Assembly: GCA_025059235.1 (NCBI GenBank)
Contig: JANXCV010000004.1
Span: 3,109-67,108, forward strand
Source: Candidatus Calescibacterium sp.
GTDB taxonomy: Bacteria > DRYD01
DNA length: 64,000 nucleotides
Direction: 5' to 3'
In this document: piece after piece, positions 37,095 through 47,088 of the stretch
Layout of the letters: the number at the start of each line of letters is the position of its first letter
Position numbering within the stretch: position 1 is the first letter of the stretch
Notes under the pieces: generated by a model
Seen by the model: the letters and a program-made list of their open reading frames with translations, nothing else
Databases searched by the model: none
What the model was told of the DNA's origin: nothing
Translations under genes and position numbers: made by a program

Positions 37095-38611
37095 TTGTTA
37101 GAAATAGTGTCGTTTTGTAAGTTTATTATTTGAGGTTTTATGACGAAGATAACTTCGGTGTCGTATTTTGATTTTTTTTGTGCTTGAAAAATTGTCCCGA
37201 TGATTGGTATATCACCTACTATAGGTATTTTATACTTTACTTTTCTTTCTTCTTCTTTTATGAGTCCAGCGATTATTATTGTTTCTTCGGATTTTACGGT
37301 AAGTTCTGTTTGAACTTCACGAGTGGCTGTCCATGGAGCAGGATCTATCTTGACTAAGTAATTGACCTTGGGATTTATCCTAAGGTTTATATACCCATCT
37401 TTTGTTACGAATGGCTGAAACTCTAGGTTTATACCTACTTCTACGAATTGAACGTTTTGTTGTATTGCTGATGTTGTTCCAAAGGGTACGATTTGGGGGA
37501 TCAGATAGGGGACTCTATCTCCTAGAAATACCCTTGCAATTTTTCCATCTGAGGTAATCAATTTGGGATTAGCTAGAATTCTTGCTAACCCTTGTTTTTC
37601 TAGCATTAGTACTTGTAGGTTGATTGCTGTTCTATACGGAAAAGATATTTTATCTGATTGTACGTAGACTACTGTTGTTTGAGTTTGTGGATTTCCCTGC
37701 TGGTTATCTCCTGGTATTCTTTCTGTGAGAGTTGTTACTGTTGAATTATCGCCAGGATATATACCTAGATCTTTCAACTTATCTCTATTGATTTCGATTA
37801 CTTGGACATCTATCATAACTTGTGGAAGTTTTTTGTCTATTATGTCAGAGAGAAGTTGTTCTATATTTTTTATTACGAATTTGGGTGCTGTTACTACTAT
37901 GCTATTTGTTCTTTCATCAGGATCTATTTTAACTTGTTCCTTTATCACAGGTTCTTGAAAGATGTATACAGAGTTAGATATTATTTGAGCTATGTCTTTT
38001 GCTTTTGCATTGTTGAGTTTAAAAATTCTTGTTTTTACTTCTGAGTCTGGATTGTCTAAAAACCTGATTAATTCCGTTATGGGTTTTATCTTATCTGTCG
38101 TGGTTTGGATAATCAAGGAATTAGAGAAATTGTCTACTATTATCTCAATATCCTTTCCATTAGAGTATATTATATTTCTTACATAATCTGCCGGGGTATA
38201 TATAAGTTTAACGATGAATTTTTGTTTAGGTTTGTAATTTTGTGCCTTACTTTGGGAAGTTATCAAGATTGTATTATCACTGATTTTTACCATTTCGAGA
38301 TTAGCAAATTTTACTATTGATCTTAATGCTTGTTTAATTGTACTATTTTTGAAGCTTATTGTTATCTTTTTTTCTTCTTCTACTTCTAGTATGAAGTTAT
38401 ATGGTATTTGTGAGGTGATAAAGTACAAGAGGTTTTTAACACCGACTTCTCTAAAGCTGCCTTCAAACTTTTTATCAAGAGCGGGAGAACTTATACTTTC
38501 GAGGGCATCATAAGAATAACAATGTTTGATAAGATAAAAAAATAGAAAGGATACAAATAAAAGAGCTACTTTACTAATATTTATATATAATCTTTTCAAC
38601 TTGATCTCCAA
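37082..38611 (-). CDS. Secretin (GspD/PilQ family outer-membrane channel)
   Basis: C-terminal secretin signature KIPIVGDIPIIGTIFQAQKKSKYDTEVIFVIKPQII, upstream Secretin_N-like repeats, and an N-terminal signal/TM segment. Confidence 0.88.
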   Translation of the reverse strand: MEIKLKRLYINISKVALLFVSFLFFYLIKHCYSYDALESISSPALDKKFEGSFREVGVKNLLYFITSQIPYNFILEVEEEKKITISFKNSTIKQALRSIVKFANLEMVKISDNTILITSQSKAQNYKPKQKFIVKLIYTPADYVRNIIYSNGKDIEIIVDNFSNSLIIQTTTDKIKPITELIRFLDNPDSEVKTRIFKLNNAKAKDIAQIISNSVYIFQEPVIKEQVKIDPDERTNSIVVTAPKFVIKNIEQLLSDIIDKKLPQVMIDVQVIEINRDKLKDLGIYPGDNSTVTTLTERIPGDNQQGNPQTQTTVVYVQSDKISFPYRTAINLQVLMLEKQGLARILANPKLITSDGKIARVFLGDRVPYLIPQIVPFGTTSAIQQNVQFVEVGINLEFQPFVTKDGYINLRINPKVNYLVKIDPAPWTATREVQTELTVKSEETIIIAGLIKEEERKVKYKIPIVGDIPIIGTIFQAQKKSKYDTEVIFVIKPQIINLQNDTISNNQRK

Positions 38612-38942
38612 TATAAGGAATTTTGTAATATTCCCTGTTATATGCTTTTACTGCTAAAAATATGGCTATTAGAAATATTACTAATACTATGGGAATTAAA
38701 AATAAGAGAAAAACACAACTCAATATACTACCTACTGCTGGAATAAATTGCAAAAAGCAAATAATACTAGAGATGATTGAGAATATAGCTATTACTATCA
38801 TTGATAGTATTATTGATTGAAGACAATGAAACTTGAGAAAGTTGTTTTCTTTTTCAACAAAGTAGACGATCATAGCTATCACGGGGATGATATATCCGAC
38901 TGCTGCTAGTATGTTATCTTGAATTCCTAAACTGGTATTCAT
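38574..38942 (-). CDS. DUF4870-like small integral membrane protein
   Basis: ILAAVGYIIPVIAMIVYFVEKENNFLKFHCLQSIIL pattern and 3-4 TM helices. The 3' end overlaps the secretin start by 38 nt. Confidence 0.6.
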   Translation of the reverse strand: MNTSLGIQDNILAAVGYIIPVIAMIVYFVEKENNFLKFHCLQSIILSMIVIAIFSIISSIICFLQFIPAVGSILSCVFLLFLIPIVLVIFLIAIFLAVKAYNREYYKIPYIGDQVEKIIYKY

Positions 38943-38994
38943 TGATTAATTTATTCTACTTGCCAAAGAATTTACCTTCACAAAGATTTAAAAT

Positions 38995-39876
38995 TTATAC
39001 TTTTACGAATACGGGTGTGGAGTGTCTTTTTACGAAGTTTGGAAAATGTTGAATTAATTTTTTGGTTATTTCTCCTATGTTGAATGTTAAATTATTTACT
39101 TGCCTTACGGGAACTATTTCAGCTCCTGTACCAGTTATGAAGATCTCATCTGCTGTAAGAATATCTTTTATGTCTAGGATTGTTTCTTGGCAGGGTATAT
39201 TTAGTTCTTGGCACATCTGTATAACGCTTTCTCTTGTGATTCCTTCGAGAATACCGACGTAAGGTGGAGGAGTTTTCACTATTCCTTTGTATACGATGAA
39301 TATATTATCTGCTGTACACTCTGTTACATATCCATTCTGGTTTAGCATTATTGCTTCCTGAGCTGAGGAATTATTTGCCTCTATTTTGGCTAAAATATTA
39401 TTTAAGTAATTCAATGATTTAATTCTGGGAGAAAGTATATCTGCTGATGGTCTTCTATATGAGGAGATAATTAGTTTTAATCCTTTTTCGTAGAATTCCT
39501 TGGGATATAGTTGGATTTTATCTACGATGATGACTACCGAAGGGGTTTTACATTTTCTAGGATCTAGTCCTAAATCTCCTTCCCCTCTACTTACTACCAG
39601 TCTAATGTATGCGTTTTCTGTTTTTTCTTCTTCCAGATTGACTCTTACTGTATTTATTACATGGTTTCTAAGTTCTTCATAACTGTAGGGTATATTTAGT
39701 TCTATTACTCTTGCTGAATTATATAGTCTTACTAGATGTTCGTCTAGTTTGAATATGGAGTTATTGTATACTCTGATTCCTTCGAAGACTCCATCTCCGT
39801 ATAGGAATCCGTGATCCCAGACGGATATTTTTGCTTCTTCTTTGCTTACCAATTTTCCGTTTATAAATACTTTCAT
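38995..39876 (-). CDS. ilvE: Branched-chain amino acid aminotransferase (class IV)
   Basis: HGFLYGDGVFEGIRVY, EHLVRLYNSA, 293 aa. Confidence 0.88.
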   Translation of the reverse strand: MKVFINGKLVSKEEAKISVWDHGFLYGDGVFEGIRVYNNSIFKLDEHLVRLYNSARVIELNIPYSYEELRNHVINTVRVNLEEEKTENAYIRLVVSRGEGDLGLDPRKCKTPSVVIIVDKIQLYPKEFYEKGLKLIISSYRRPSADILSPRIKSLNYLNNILAKIEANNSSAQEAIMLNQNGYVTECTADNIFIVYKGIVKTPPPYVGILEGITRESVIQMCQELNIPCQETILDIKDILTADEIFITGTGAEIVPVRQVNNLTFNIGEITKKLIQHFPNFVKRHSTPVFVKV

Positions 39877-39952
39877 AATTTTTACCCTTGTATAACACCT
39901 GATTTTTGTATACCGCCTCAGGTAAGCGGGTTTATTTTTTCAGTATAATCAT

Positions 39953-41011
39953 TTATTTCTTTATCAATTTAAGATTCGATAGTATTGAGTCTATTATCGA
40001 GTTATACGAATCGCTGAATAATGATACTCCTTTGTATAGAAGTTCTTCTAAAATATAATCGAAATTAACGTACTTGATTAGTTTGCTTATTGTCTTTTGG
40101 GCCTCTTGTTTATTTTTTTCTACGATTTTTTCAGCTTTTTCAAGATCGATTTCTGTTTGGATTAAGGTTTGGTAGGTATTTAAGGGGATAGTGTTTATGG
40201 AGTTGGGGGTTAGTAATTCTATTACGTACTTCAGGGGGTTATATGAAGGGTTTTTTGTACTTGTACTTGCCCAGAGTATTCTCTGGACTTTTTTCTGATT
40301 AGCAAAGCTTTTTTCGTATATCTCATAAGCCATTAGAGAATTTGCTACGGCAACTTTACCTACCAAATCTTCATAATCCTCCTGTGGTATTATCTGACTA
40401 TCTTTCATTTTAAGTATCAAGCTATCTATAACAGTATCTACTCTACTTACGAAGAACGAAGCTACACTTATAGAATTACTGTCTGTTTCTTTATAAGCAT
40501 GTATTACTTTTTGGTAGTTATTGATTGAGAAGAGTAGAGTGACGTTTATGTTGATGTTATTTCTATATAGTTGTTTTAGTGCTTGTATTCCTTCGTTAGT
40601 TGCTGGTATTTTTATCATTACGTTTGGCATATCTATTTTATGCCAAAGAGCTTTTGCTTTTTCTATTGTTTTATCGATGTTATATGCGATGTATGGGGGT
40701 ACTTCTATGCTGACTAATCCGTCTTGGTATTCATTCTCTTCGAATATAGGTAGCATGATTTCGCAAGCTTTTTTTACATCTTCTATCATTAGATCTTCTA
40801 TTACTTCGAGATAATCAAATTTTTTGACTTTTTCAAAATATTTTTCTGGAAACTTTTTTATTGCGTTATTGAATATGGTTGGGTTAGTTGTTATACCGTA
40901 TATTTTTCTTTCTTTTACCCATGATGGTAAAATCTCGAGAATTTCTTTGTCTAGGTAGTCTAACCATATGCTAAGGTTATATTTTTCTTTCAGTTTTTGT
41001 ACTATATTCAT
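39953..41011 (-). CDS. tal: Transaldolase
   Basis: LSIWLDYLDKE, GITTNPTIFNNAI and the catalytic-Lys block VMIKIPAT. Confidence 0.88.
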   Translation of the reverse strand: MNIVQKLKEKYNLSIWLDYLDKEILEILPSWVKERKIYGITTNPTIFNNAIKKFPEKYFEKVKKFDYLEVIEDLMIEDVKKACEIMLPIFEENEYQDGLVSIEVPPYIAYNIDKTIEKAKALWHKIDMPNVMIKIPATNEGIQALKQLYRNNININVTLLFSINNYQKVIHAYKETDSNSISVASFFVSRVDTVIDSLILKMKDSQIIPQEDYEDLVGKVAVANSLMAYEIYEKSFANQKKVQRILWASTSTKNPSYNPLKYVIELLTPNSINTIPLNTYQTLIQTEIDLEKAEKIVEKNKQEAQKTISKLIKYVNFDYILEELLYKGVSLFSDSYNSIIDSILSNLKLIKK

Positions 41012-41027
41012 TTTTTGACCTCCTTAG

Positions 41028-42278
41028 CTAGAAATATAGGGCTTTTTCTCTGAGAATGGTATCTTTGGTTATATGTTGTCCCTTAGGGATTACTATAATT
41101 CCTTCACTTACTATGAACTTATCTTGGTTTTCTTCTGTCAGTTCTATTCCTTCATCTACTATTACTCCTTTGTCAAGGATGGACTGAATTATAACTGAGT
41201 GTGGATTAATTATACATCCATCCATTATTATTGAGTTTTCTATGTATGTATTGTTTTTTATATGGCACTTAGGGAAAATGATTGAATTTTTTATCACTGT
41301 ATTGTTTTCGATTAAGCATCCTTCTGCTATTATTGAGTTCTGTATATTTACGTTTTCACCTATTATCTTTGCTGCTGGTAGGGCCGTATAAGCTGAATAT
41401 ATTGGCCAATATGGGTTGTATAGATCTATGGGTGGGTTGGCTAATAAAAGCTCCATGTTTGCATCAAAGAATGATTTTATTGTGCCTACATCTCTCCAAT
41501 ATGGGGGTTTATCCGAACCTATTATGTTTGTCTTATCGAAACTATAACTGAATACCCTGTGTTTTTCTATGCTTTCTGGTATTATGTTTTTTCCGAAGTC
41601 GTGACTTGTGTCTTTTAGAGCATCTTGTTCAAGTATCTTTATTAGTATGTCTCTATTAAATACATAGTTTCCCATGGAAGCCAGTACTTTTCCATTTACT
41701 GCGTATTCGTATATTATTTCCGTATCGCTTGGTTTTTCTGCAAAACTTATTATCCTGTTATCTTTATCTACTTTCATTATTCCGAATCTACTTGCCTCTG
41801 ATAGGTCTATTGGAAAGGTTGCGACGGTTATATCTGCTTTCTTCTCAATATGGTAATCTATCATATGTTTTATATCCATTGTGTAGATATGATCGGAGGA
41901 AAGAATTATAACGTAATCTGGTTGTTCGTCAAATATGAGATTTAGGTTTTGGTATATTGCATCTGCAGTTCCTCTGAACCAGATTTTACCTATTCTCATT
42001 TGTGGAGGAACTATATTTACGTAGAAACCGAATTTATAATTCAGTGCCCAATTCGTCTGAATATGCTTGATTAATGAATGAGCTTTATACTGTGTAAGAA
42101 CGTTAATCTTTAGTATTCCACTGTTTATCAGGTTACTCAATACAAAGTCTATTATTCTATATCTTGATCCGAAGGGTACTGCGGGTTTACATCTTTCTTT
42201 TGTCAGGGGGTATAATCTTGTTCCTTCTCCTCCGGCTAAAACCATTGCCAGAACGTTTGTCAAAAGAGAATTCCTCAT
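41028..42278 (-). CDS. glgC: Glucose-1-phosphate adenylyltransferase
   Basis: LAGGEGTRLYPLTKERCKPAVPFG, WFRGTADAI and a C-terminal left-handed beta-helix repeat region. Confidence 0.92.
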   Translation of the reverse strand: MRNSLLTNVLAMVLAGGEGTRLYPLTKERCKPAVPFGSRYRIIDFVLSNLINSGILKINVLTQYKAHSLIKHIQTNWALNYKFGFYVNIVPPQMRIGKIWFRGTADAIYQNLNLIFDEQPDYVIILSSDHIYTMDIKHMIDYHIEKKADITVATFPIDLSEASRFGIMKVDKDNRIISFAEKPSDTEIIYEYAVNGKVLASMGNYVFNRDILIKILEQDALKDTSHDFGKNIIPESIEKHRVFSYSFDKTNIIGSDKPPYWRDVGTIKSFFDANMELLLANPPIDLYNPYWPIYSAYTALPAAKIIGENVNIQNSIIAEGCLIENNTVIKNSIIFPKCHIKNNTYIENSIIMDGCIINPHSVIIQSILDKGVIVDEGIELTEENQDKFIVSEGIIVIPKGQHITKDTILREKALYF

Positions 42279-42420
42279 TACTATACCTCCTCAAATTAGT
42301 CCCATCATTAGAAAAACTTTTATATTATTAGTTTCTATCCTCTTATTGGAAGGGTTGGGGTGTTAACTTGTTAAATTATAATTTTAGAAAATCTTGGGGA
42401 GAAAGTGAGTTTATGTTAAG

Positions 42421-44196
42421 ATGAAAGCCATACTGGTTTGGATTTTATTAATATCGGCTGCAGTATACTTATCCATCTTTCTACACGAAAGATCATTAAA
42501 CATCAAGGAAACTACTTACTATGAATTATGGAAGGAAATACAAGCAAATAACGCCAAGGAAGCTATTATTAAAGATCATGAAATAACGCTGGAATTGTAT
42601 AGACCTGTAGATAAAAAGTATTACAAGATAAGAGCATTTTATCCTCAAGATTATGAGCTTATAAAAATTCTAAAGGAAAAGGGAATAAATTTCAAGTATA
42701 TTCCTCCAGCAGACAATACGATATGGTTTTGGATACTCAACATAATTCCGTTTGTTCTCTTTATTCTTATTTTGTTAGCTTTTTTCAGGCAGGCACAAAG
42801 CGGCAGTAGCCAGGCTTTTTCATTCACCAAGAGCAGAGCAAGGATGTTCAGTCAGGATATGCCAAAGGTAACGTTTTCGGATGTTGCCGGAATAGATGAA
42901 GTAAAAGAGGAGCTAAAGGAAATAGTGGGGTTTCTTAAAGATAGGCAAAAGTTTATAGATATGGGAGCTAGGATTCCTAAGGGAGTTTTATTGATAGGTC
43001 CTCCTGGAACAGGCAAGACTTTGCTAGGTAGAGCCATAGCGGGAGAAGCTGGAGTTCCCTTCTTCTATGTAAGTGGATCCGAATTTGTCGAAATGTTTGT
43101 CGGTGTTGGAGCTGCAAGAGTAAGAGACCTATTTGAACAAGCTAAAAGAAATGCACCTTGTATAATTTTCATCGATGAGATAGATGCTGTAGGAAGACAT
43201 AGAGGAGCAGGGCTTGGAGGAGGGCATGACGAACGTGAACAGACTCTTAACCAACTGCTTGTCGAAATGGATGGGTTCGAGGTTAACTCAGGGGTCATCG
43301 TGCTTGCAGCTACTAATAGACCAGATATTCTAGATCCAGCTCTGCAAAGACCTGGAAGGTTTGACAGACAGATTTTTGTTGGACCACCAGATCTAAAAGG
43401 TAGAGAAGAAATACTTAAGATCCATGCTAGAAATAAGAAACTTTCACCAGATTTACAGCTAAGTGAATTGGCTAAAAGAACACCAGGATTTACAGGTGCT
43501 GATCTGGAGAATATGCTCAACGAAGCTGCTCTAATAGCAGTGAGAAAGAATAAGCCATATATAGAGCTTTCAGATTGTGAGGAGGCAATAGAAAAAGTAT
43601 TAATGGGTCCAGCAAGAAAAAGTATTGTTATGTCAGATGAAGAAAGAAAAATAACTGCTTATCATGAAGCTGGGCATGCAATTGTGGCTAAGTATACTCC
43701 ATATGCCGATCCCGTTAAGAAAATATCGATAGTTCCGAGGGGACCGAGTTTGGGACAAACATGGCAAGCACCAGAAAAAGATAAGTATAACTACAAAAAA
43801 GAAGAGTTACTTTCCCAAATAAAGGTTCTTCTTGGTGGTAGAGCAGCTGAAGAGCTCATACTTAATGTCTGTACTACTGGAGCGGAAAATGACTTGGAAA
43901 GAGCTACGAAAATAGCAAGAAGTATGGTGACTCAGTACGGAATGTCTTCTCTGGGACTTGTTTCTTTTGAAGCTTCCCGAGAGGTCTTCTTGGGAAGAGA
44001 TTTCGTAAGAGAAAGAAAATACAGCGAGGGTACTTCTAGACTGATAGATCTGGAAGTAACAAAGATAATCAATGACTGCTATAACGATGTAAAGAATATC
44101 ATTAATACCTATAGAGAAAAATTAATTTTAGTAGCAGAAACTCTTCTGCAAAAAGAGGTAATTACAGAGGAGGAATTCAATTCACTATTGGCATGA
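42421..44196 (+). CDS. ftsH: ATP-dependent zinc metalloprotease FtsH
   Basis: Walker A GPPGTGKT, the SRH region and the HEAGH zinc site. Two N-terminal TM helices. Confidence 0.96.
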   Translation: MKAILVWILLISAAVYLSIFLHERSLNIKETTYYELWKEIQANNAKEAIIKDHEITLELYRPVDKKYYKIRAFYPQDYELIKILKEKGINFKYIPPADNTIWFWILNIIPFVLFILILLAFFRQAQSGSSQAFSFTKSRARMFSQDMPKVTFSDVAGIDEVKEELKEIVGFLKDRQKFIDMGARIPKGVLLIGPPGTGKTLLGRAIAGEAGVPFFYVSGSEFVEMFVGVGAARVRDLFEQAKRNAPCIIFIDEIDAVGRHRGAGLGGGHDEREQTLNQLLVEMDGFEVNSGVIVLAATNRPDILDPALQRPGRFDRQIFVGPPDLKGREEILKIHARNKKLSPDLQLSELAKRTPGFTGADLENMLNEAALIAVRKNKPYIELSDCEEAIEKVLMGPARKSIVMSDEERKITAYHEAGHAIVAKYTPYADPVKKISIVPRGPSLGQTWQAPEKDKYNYKKEELLSQIKVLLGGRAAEELILNVCTTGAENDLERATKIARSMVTQYGMSSLGLVSFEASREVFLGRDFVRERKYSEGTSRLIDLEVTKIINDCYNDVKNIINTYREKLILVAETLLQKEVITEEEFNSLLA

Positions 44197-44717
44197 AAAA
44201 AATACTGATATCGGAATACGAAATACAGAGAAGAATCGAGGAATTAGCAAACCAGATCGATTCTTATCTAGAAAAAGAGGATTCTGATGATTATCCTGTT
44301 TTTGTCTGTGTCCTTACAGGCAGTGTTTTTTTCTTTTCCGAATTGGTAAGAAAACTAAAAACAGAAGTGATAACGGAGTATATAAAGGTATCTAGTTATC
44401 AGGGCAAAGTCTCAACCCAGAACGTCCAAATACTGAAGGATATATCAGTAGATATAAGTAACAGGATAGTTTTTGTTATCGAGGATATTATAGATACTGG
44501 CTTAACTGTTAGTAAAATAACTTCCCTTTTTAAGGAACGTGATCCAGCAAAGATATTAGTCTGTACTCTTTTAGACAAGCCTTCTAAAAGGTTAGTGGAT
44601 GTTAAGGTCGATTTTTGTGGTTTTGTTATACCTCCTGAGTTCGTAGTAGGATATGGGCTAGATCTAGATGAAAAATATAGAAACAAACCCTATATATACG
44701 TTTTTGAAGGAGAATGA
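44193..44717 (+). CDS. hpt: Hypoxanthine phosphoribosyltransferase
   Basis: PRPP-binding loop VFVIEDIIDTGLT and VVGYGLDLDEKYRN. ATGA overlap with ftsH. Confidence 0.9.
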   Translation: MKKILISEYEIQRRIEELANQIDSYLEKEDSDDYPVFVCVLTGSVFFFSELVRKLKTEVITEYIKVSSYQGKVSTQNVQILKDISVDISNRIVFVIEDIIDTGLTVSKITSLFKERDPAKILVCTLLDKPSKRLVDVKVDFCGFVIPPEFVVGYGLDLDEKYRNKPYIYVFEGE

Positions 44718-44718
44718 G

Positions 44719-45903
44719 ATGATTGGAAATCTGCTGAAATCTAATACTATTACTGACGAGATTAGGCAATCCTGTAGATTAGTAGTTCAGAATTCGAAAT
44801 ATGTTAAAATTAATTTTGATGCGATAAATAGTTTTGTTTCTGAGTTCAGTAATGAGCTGAAAGGTTGGGATGTGCATAGGATTTTAAGTCCAGAAATACA
44901 TTATACTGATGACCCTCTGAAAGCCATATGGTACTTTTTTGTTTTGGATAGTGTAAACTTTTGTTTTTGGGCTGAAAAGAAAAGCGAAAAGTGGAAAGTT
45001 AGGTATAAAGATAAATACTTAGATGGATATGATGCTTTGGCAGTATGTATAAAGAGAGAAGCTGAGAATTCGAACGTTTTTACATACCCTTACTATTGGG
45101 CAAAAATCTTTGTTGGGGAATTTATGAGAATGATTTACCCAACTTATGAGGATCTATACTATGTTTGCGGAGAGCTACGTCTGATAGAAGAACGGGTTAC
45201 AAACCTAAGGGAATTAGGAGAGAATATATTCGAAAAGCCTCTTTCAGATATGTATAAAAATATATTCTGGAAAGGATTAGATGAAAGGAATATTCAAGGT
45301 AAAATAAAGGAAGAAGAAGCTGATCCGTACAAGTTGTCATACAATCAAAAAAATAATCCTGAGAAAATTCTCGATATTCTCGTACAAGCCAATCAAGATG
45401 TAAACAAGTTTATTTCCATAATAATCGATAATTTCAGAAGTTATAGAGATTACGCGGATTATCAGTTAAGCAATGGTAGGGTAATAAAAGTTGGATTTTA
45501 CAAGAGAGCCCAAATACTTGCTCATGATCTATATTTGCTTTATCAGTACTATAGCAAAAACAAGCCAGAATTCATACAAAAATATCCGTTTATTAAATAC
45601 CTGAATTTTAAGAATATAAACAAACTTACTGCTTTTGCTGATTACAAATTACCTCAATATCTACACTATAAGGGCATTCTTTCATATACCGATGATCTTA
45701 TCAAGGAAATTGAATCTGGCAAATTGATATCTTCAAAAGACAGGAAAGAGGTTGAAATAAGAGCTTGTACGGTTATTGCAATTGAGGAAATTGCCAATAG
45801 AACAAAATCCTATCCAGCTATTGTTGATAATGTTATTTGGAATCTTGCAAAACAAAATCCAAACCTACCTAAACACCATAGAACGATCACGATATATTAC
45901 TAG
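44719..45903 (+). CDS. Queuosine-salvage family protein (DUF2419-like)
   Basis: FFVLDSVNFCFW and FADYKLPQYL blocks as I recall them for this family. Start moved to the ATG at 44719, behind GAAGGAGA. Confidence 0.65.
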   Translation: MIGNLLKSNTITDEIRQSCRLVVQNSKYVKINFDAINSFVSEFSNELKGWDVHRILSPEIHYTDDPLKAIWYFFVLDSVNFCFWAEKKSEKWKVRYKDKYLDGYDALAVCIKREAENSNVFTYPYYWAKIFVGEFMRMIYPTYEDLYYVCGELRLIEERVTNLRELGENIFEKPLSDMYKNIFWKGLDERNIQGKIKEEEADPYKLSYNQKNNPEKILDILVQANQDVNKFISIIIDNFRSYRDYADYQLSNGRVIKVGFYKRAQILAHDLYLLYQYYSKNKPEFIQKYPFIKYLNFKNINKLTAFADYKLPQYLHYKGILSYTDDLIKEIESGKLISSKDRKEVEIRACTVIAIEEIANRTKSYPAIVDNVIWNLAKQNPNLPKHHRTITIYY

Positions 45904-47088
45904 ATGCATATAACGAAGTTTTTCGTAGCATTTTTTATCTACTTATTTTTTTCGATTGTGTTTCCCTTTGCTGATATTTATGTTAAGAGATATAAAGTTG
46001 ATAATGCTAAAATTTTTGTATTCTTAAATCCATCTTTGAATTTATCTTCTGTTGGGTTTGTTGTTACTAGGGGAGCAAGAAATGAAAACCCCAAGTACTA
46101 CGGTATTACCCATTTGTGGGAACACTTGTTCTTCAGAAATAGTATAGGTAGCAAAAGGGTCAAAGATGTTCTTATTGGAATGAAATATAACGCTACTACT
46201 TACAATGATTATATATCGTTTTATGCTGTCGGTGATCAAAATAAGGCTTTGAAAACTTTCCTTTTTTCAATATTTAATCCTAATTTCAATGTTGAAGATT
46301 TTGAGTTGGAAAAGAATATTGTCATAACCGAACTTGCCATGAAAAATTTCTCTTTCCCAAATATTTTCAGGGTTTATACTAATCCTACAGGCGGAAGAAT
46401 AGAAACCTTAAATAATATAACTTATGAAGTAATGTTACAATTTCTAAAAGAGATAAAAAGAGAAGATCTTTGCTATTTTGTTGCAGCAAAGGATAAGATT
46501 ATTGATTTGAGTATCTTTGAAGAATTCTATGGTAGTTTACCTGTAGATGATGGAGAATTTAGAATTTCTCTTGATTCATTGACTGAAAATGAAATCTATC
46601 AGAACTATAAAGATTATAGGAAATATGTTTCTTCTATCGATTTTGATATCTTCATAAACGAGGAAGGTATATGGATATATCATGTATCAGGAGAATTTAC
46701 TGACCAGCATATTTTCTTCAATGACATGATTGCGAATAATATAGATCAGAAATTTTCGAAGGATTTGGCTTTTAAAAGGAAGTTAAAAGAGAGTTGGGGT
46801 ATAAATAATTTAGAAGCTTTTGCCTACCCACAGGAATATGAAAACGCTCTCGTAATATTCCTAGAGTCTAACATGTATGATTCAAATAAAGAACGTGTAA
46901 AGGAATATTTGGTCGACGTTATTAGGAGTATTACCTACCAAGATTTTCGAAAAACGTACTACTCCCTTTACTTAGATTTGTTGGATAGTTTTTCTGATTC
47001 TTGGAAGTTTTGTCAAATTATTCCTTTTTTTGTTTATAATCAGAGATGGCAGATTTTGAACTACTATGTTAGGGGGTGTAGGGATTGA
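45904..47088 (+). CDS. M16 (pitrilysin)-family peptidase-like protein
   Basis: Inverted zinc motif HxxEH in GITHLWEHLFFR. N-terminal signal/TM segment. Confidence 0.65.
   Translation: MHITKFFVAFFIYLFFSIVFPFADIYVKRYKVDNAKIFVFLNPSLNLSSVGFVVTRGARNENPKYYGITHLWEHLFFRNSIGSKRVKDVLIGMKYNATTYNDYISFYAVGDQNKALKTFLFSIFNPNFNVEDFELEKNIVITELAMKNFSFPNIFRVYTNPTGGRIETLNNITYEVMLQFLKEIKREDLCYFVAAKDKIIDLSIFEEFYGSLPVDDGEFRISLDSLTENEIYQNYKDYRKYVSSIDFDIFINEEGIWIYHVSGEFTDQHIFFNDMIANNIDQKFSKDLAFKRKLKESWGINNLEAFAYPQEYENALVIFLESNMYDSNKERVKEYLVDVIRSITYQDFRKTYYSLYLDLLDSFSDSWKFCQIIPFFVYNQRWQILNYYVRGCRD

Noticed and set aside
37725-38320. Plus-strand track ORFs 37725..37958, 37802..38044, 37992..38186 and 38105..38320
   Set aside because: They are antisense to the well-supported secretin gene and translate to hydrophobic, low-complexity sequence.
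39912-39940. Hairpin plus T-run between tal and ilvE
   Set aside because: The stem has only 4 G-C pairs with a bulge (CCGC/GCGG). The T-run follows it on the plus strand, while both neighbouring genes are on the minus strand, so it is not a convincing terminator for either.
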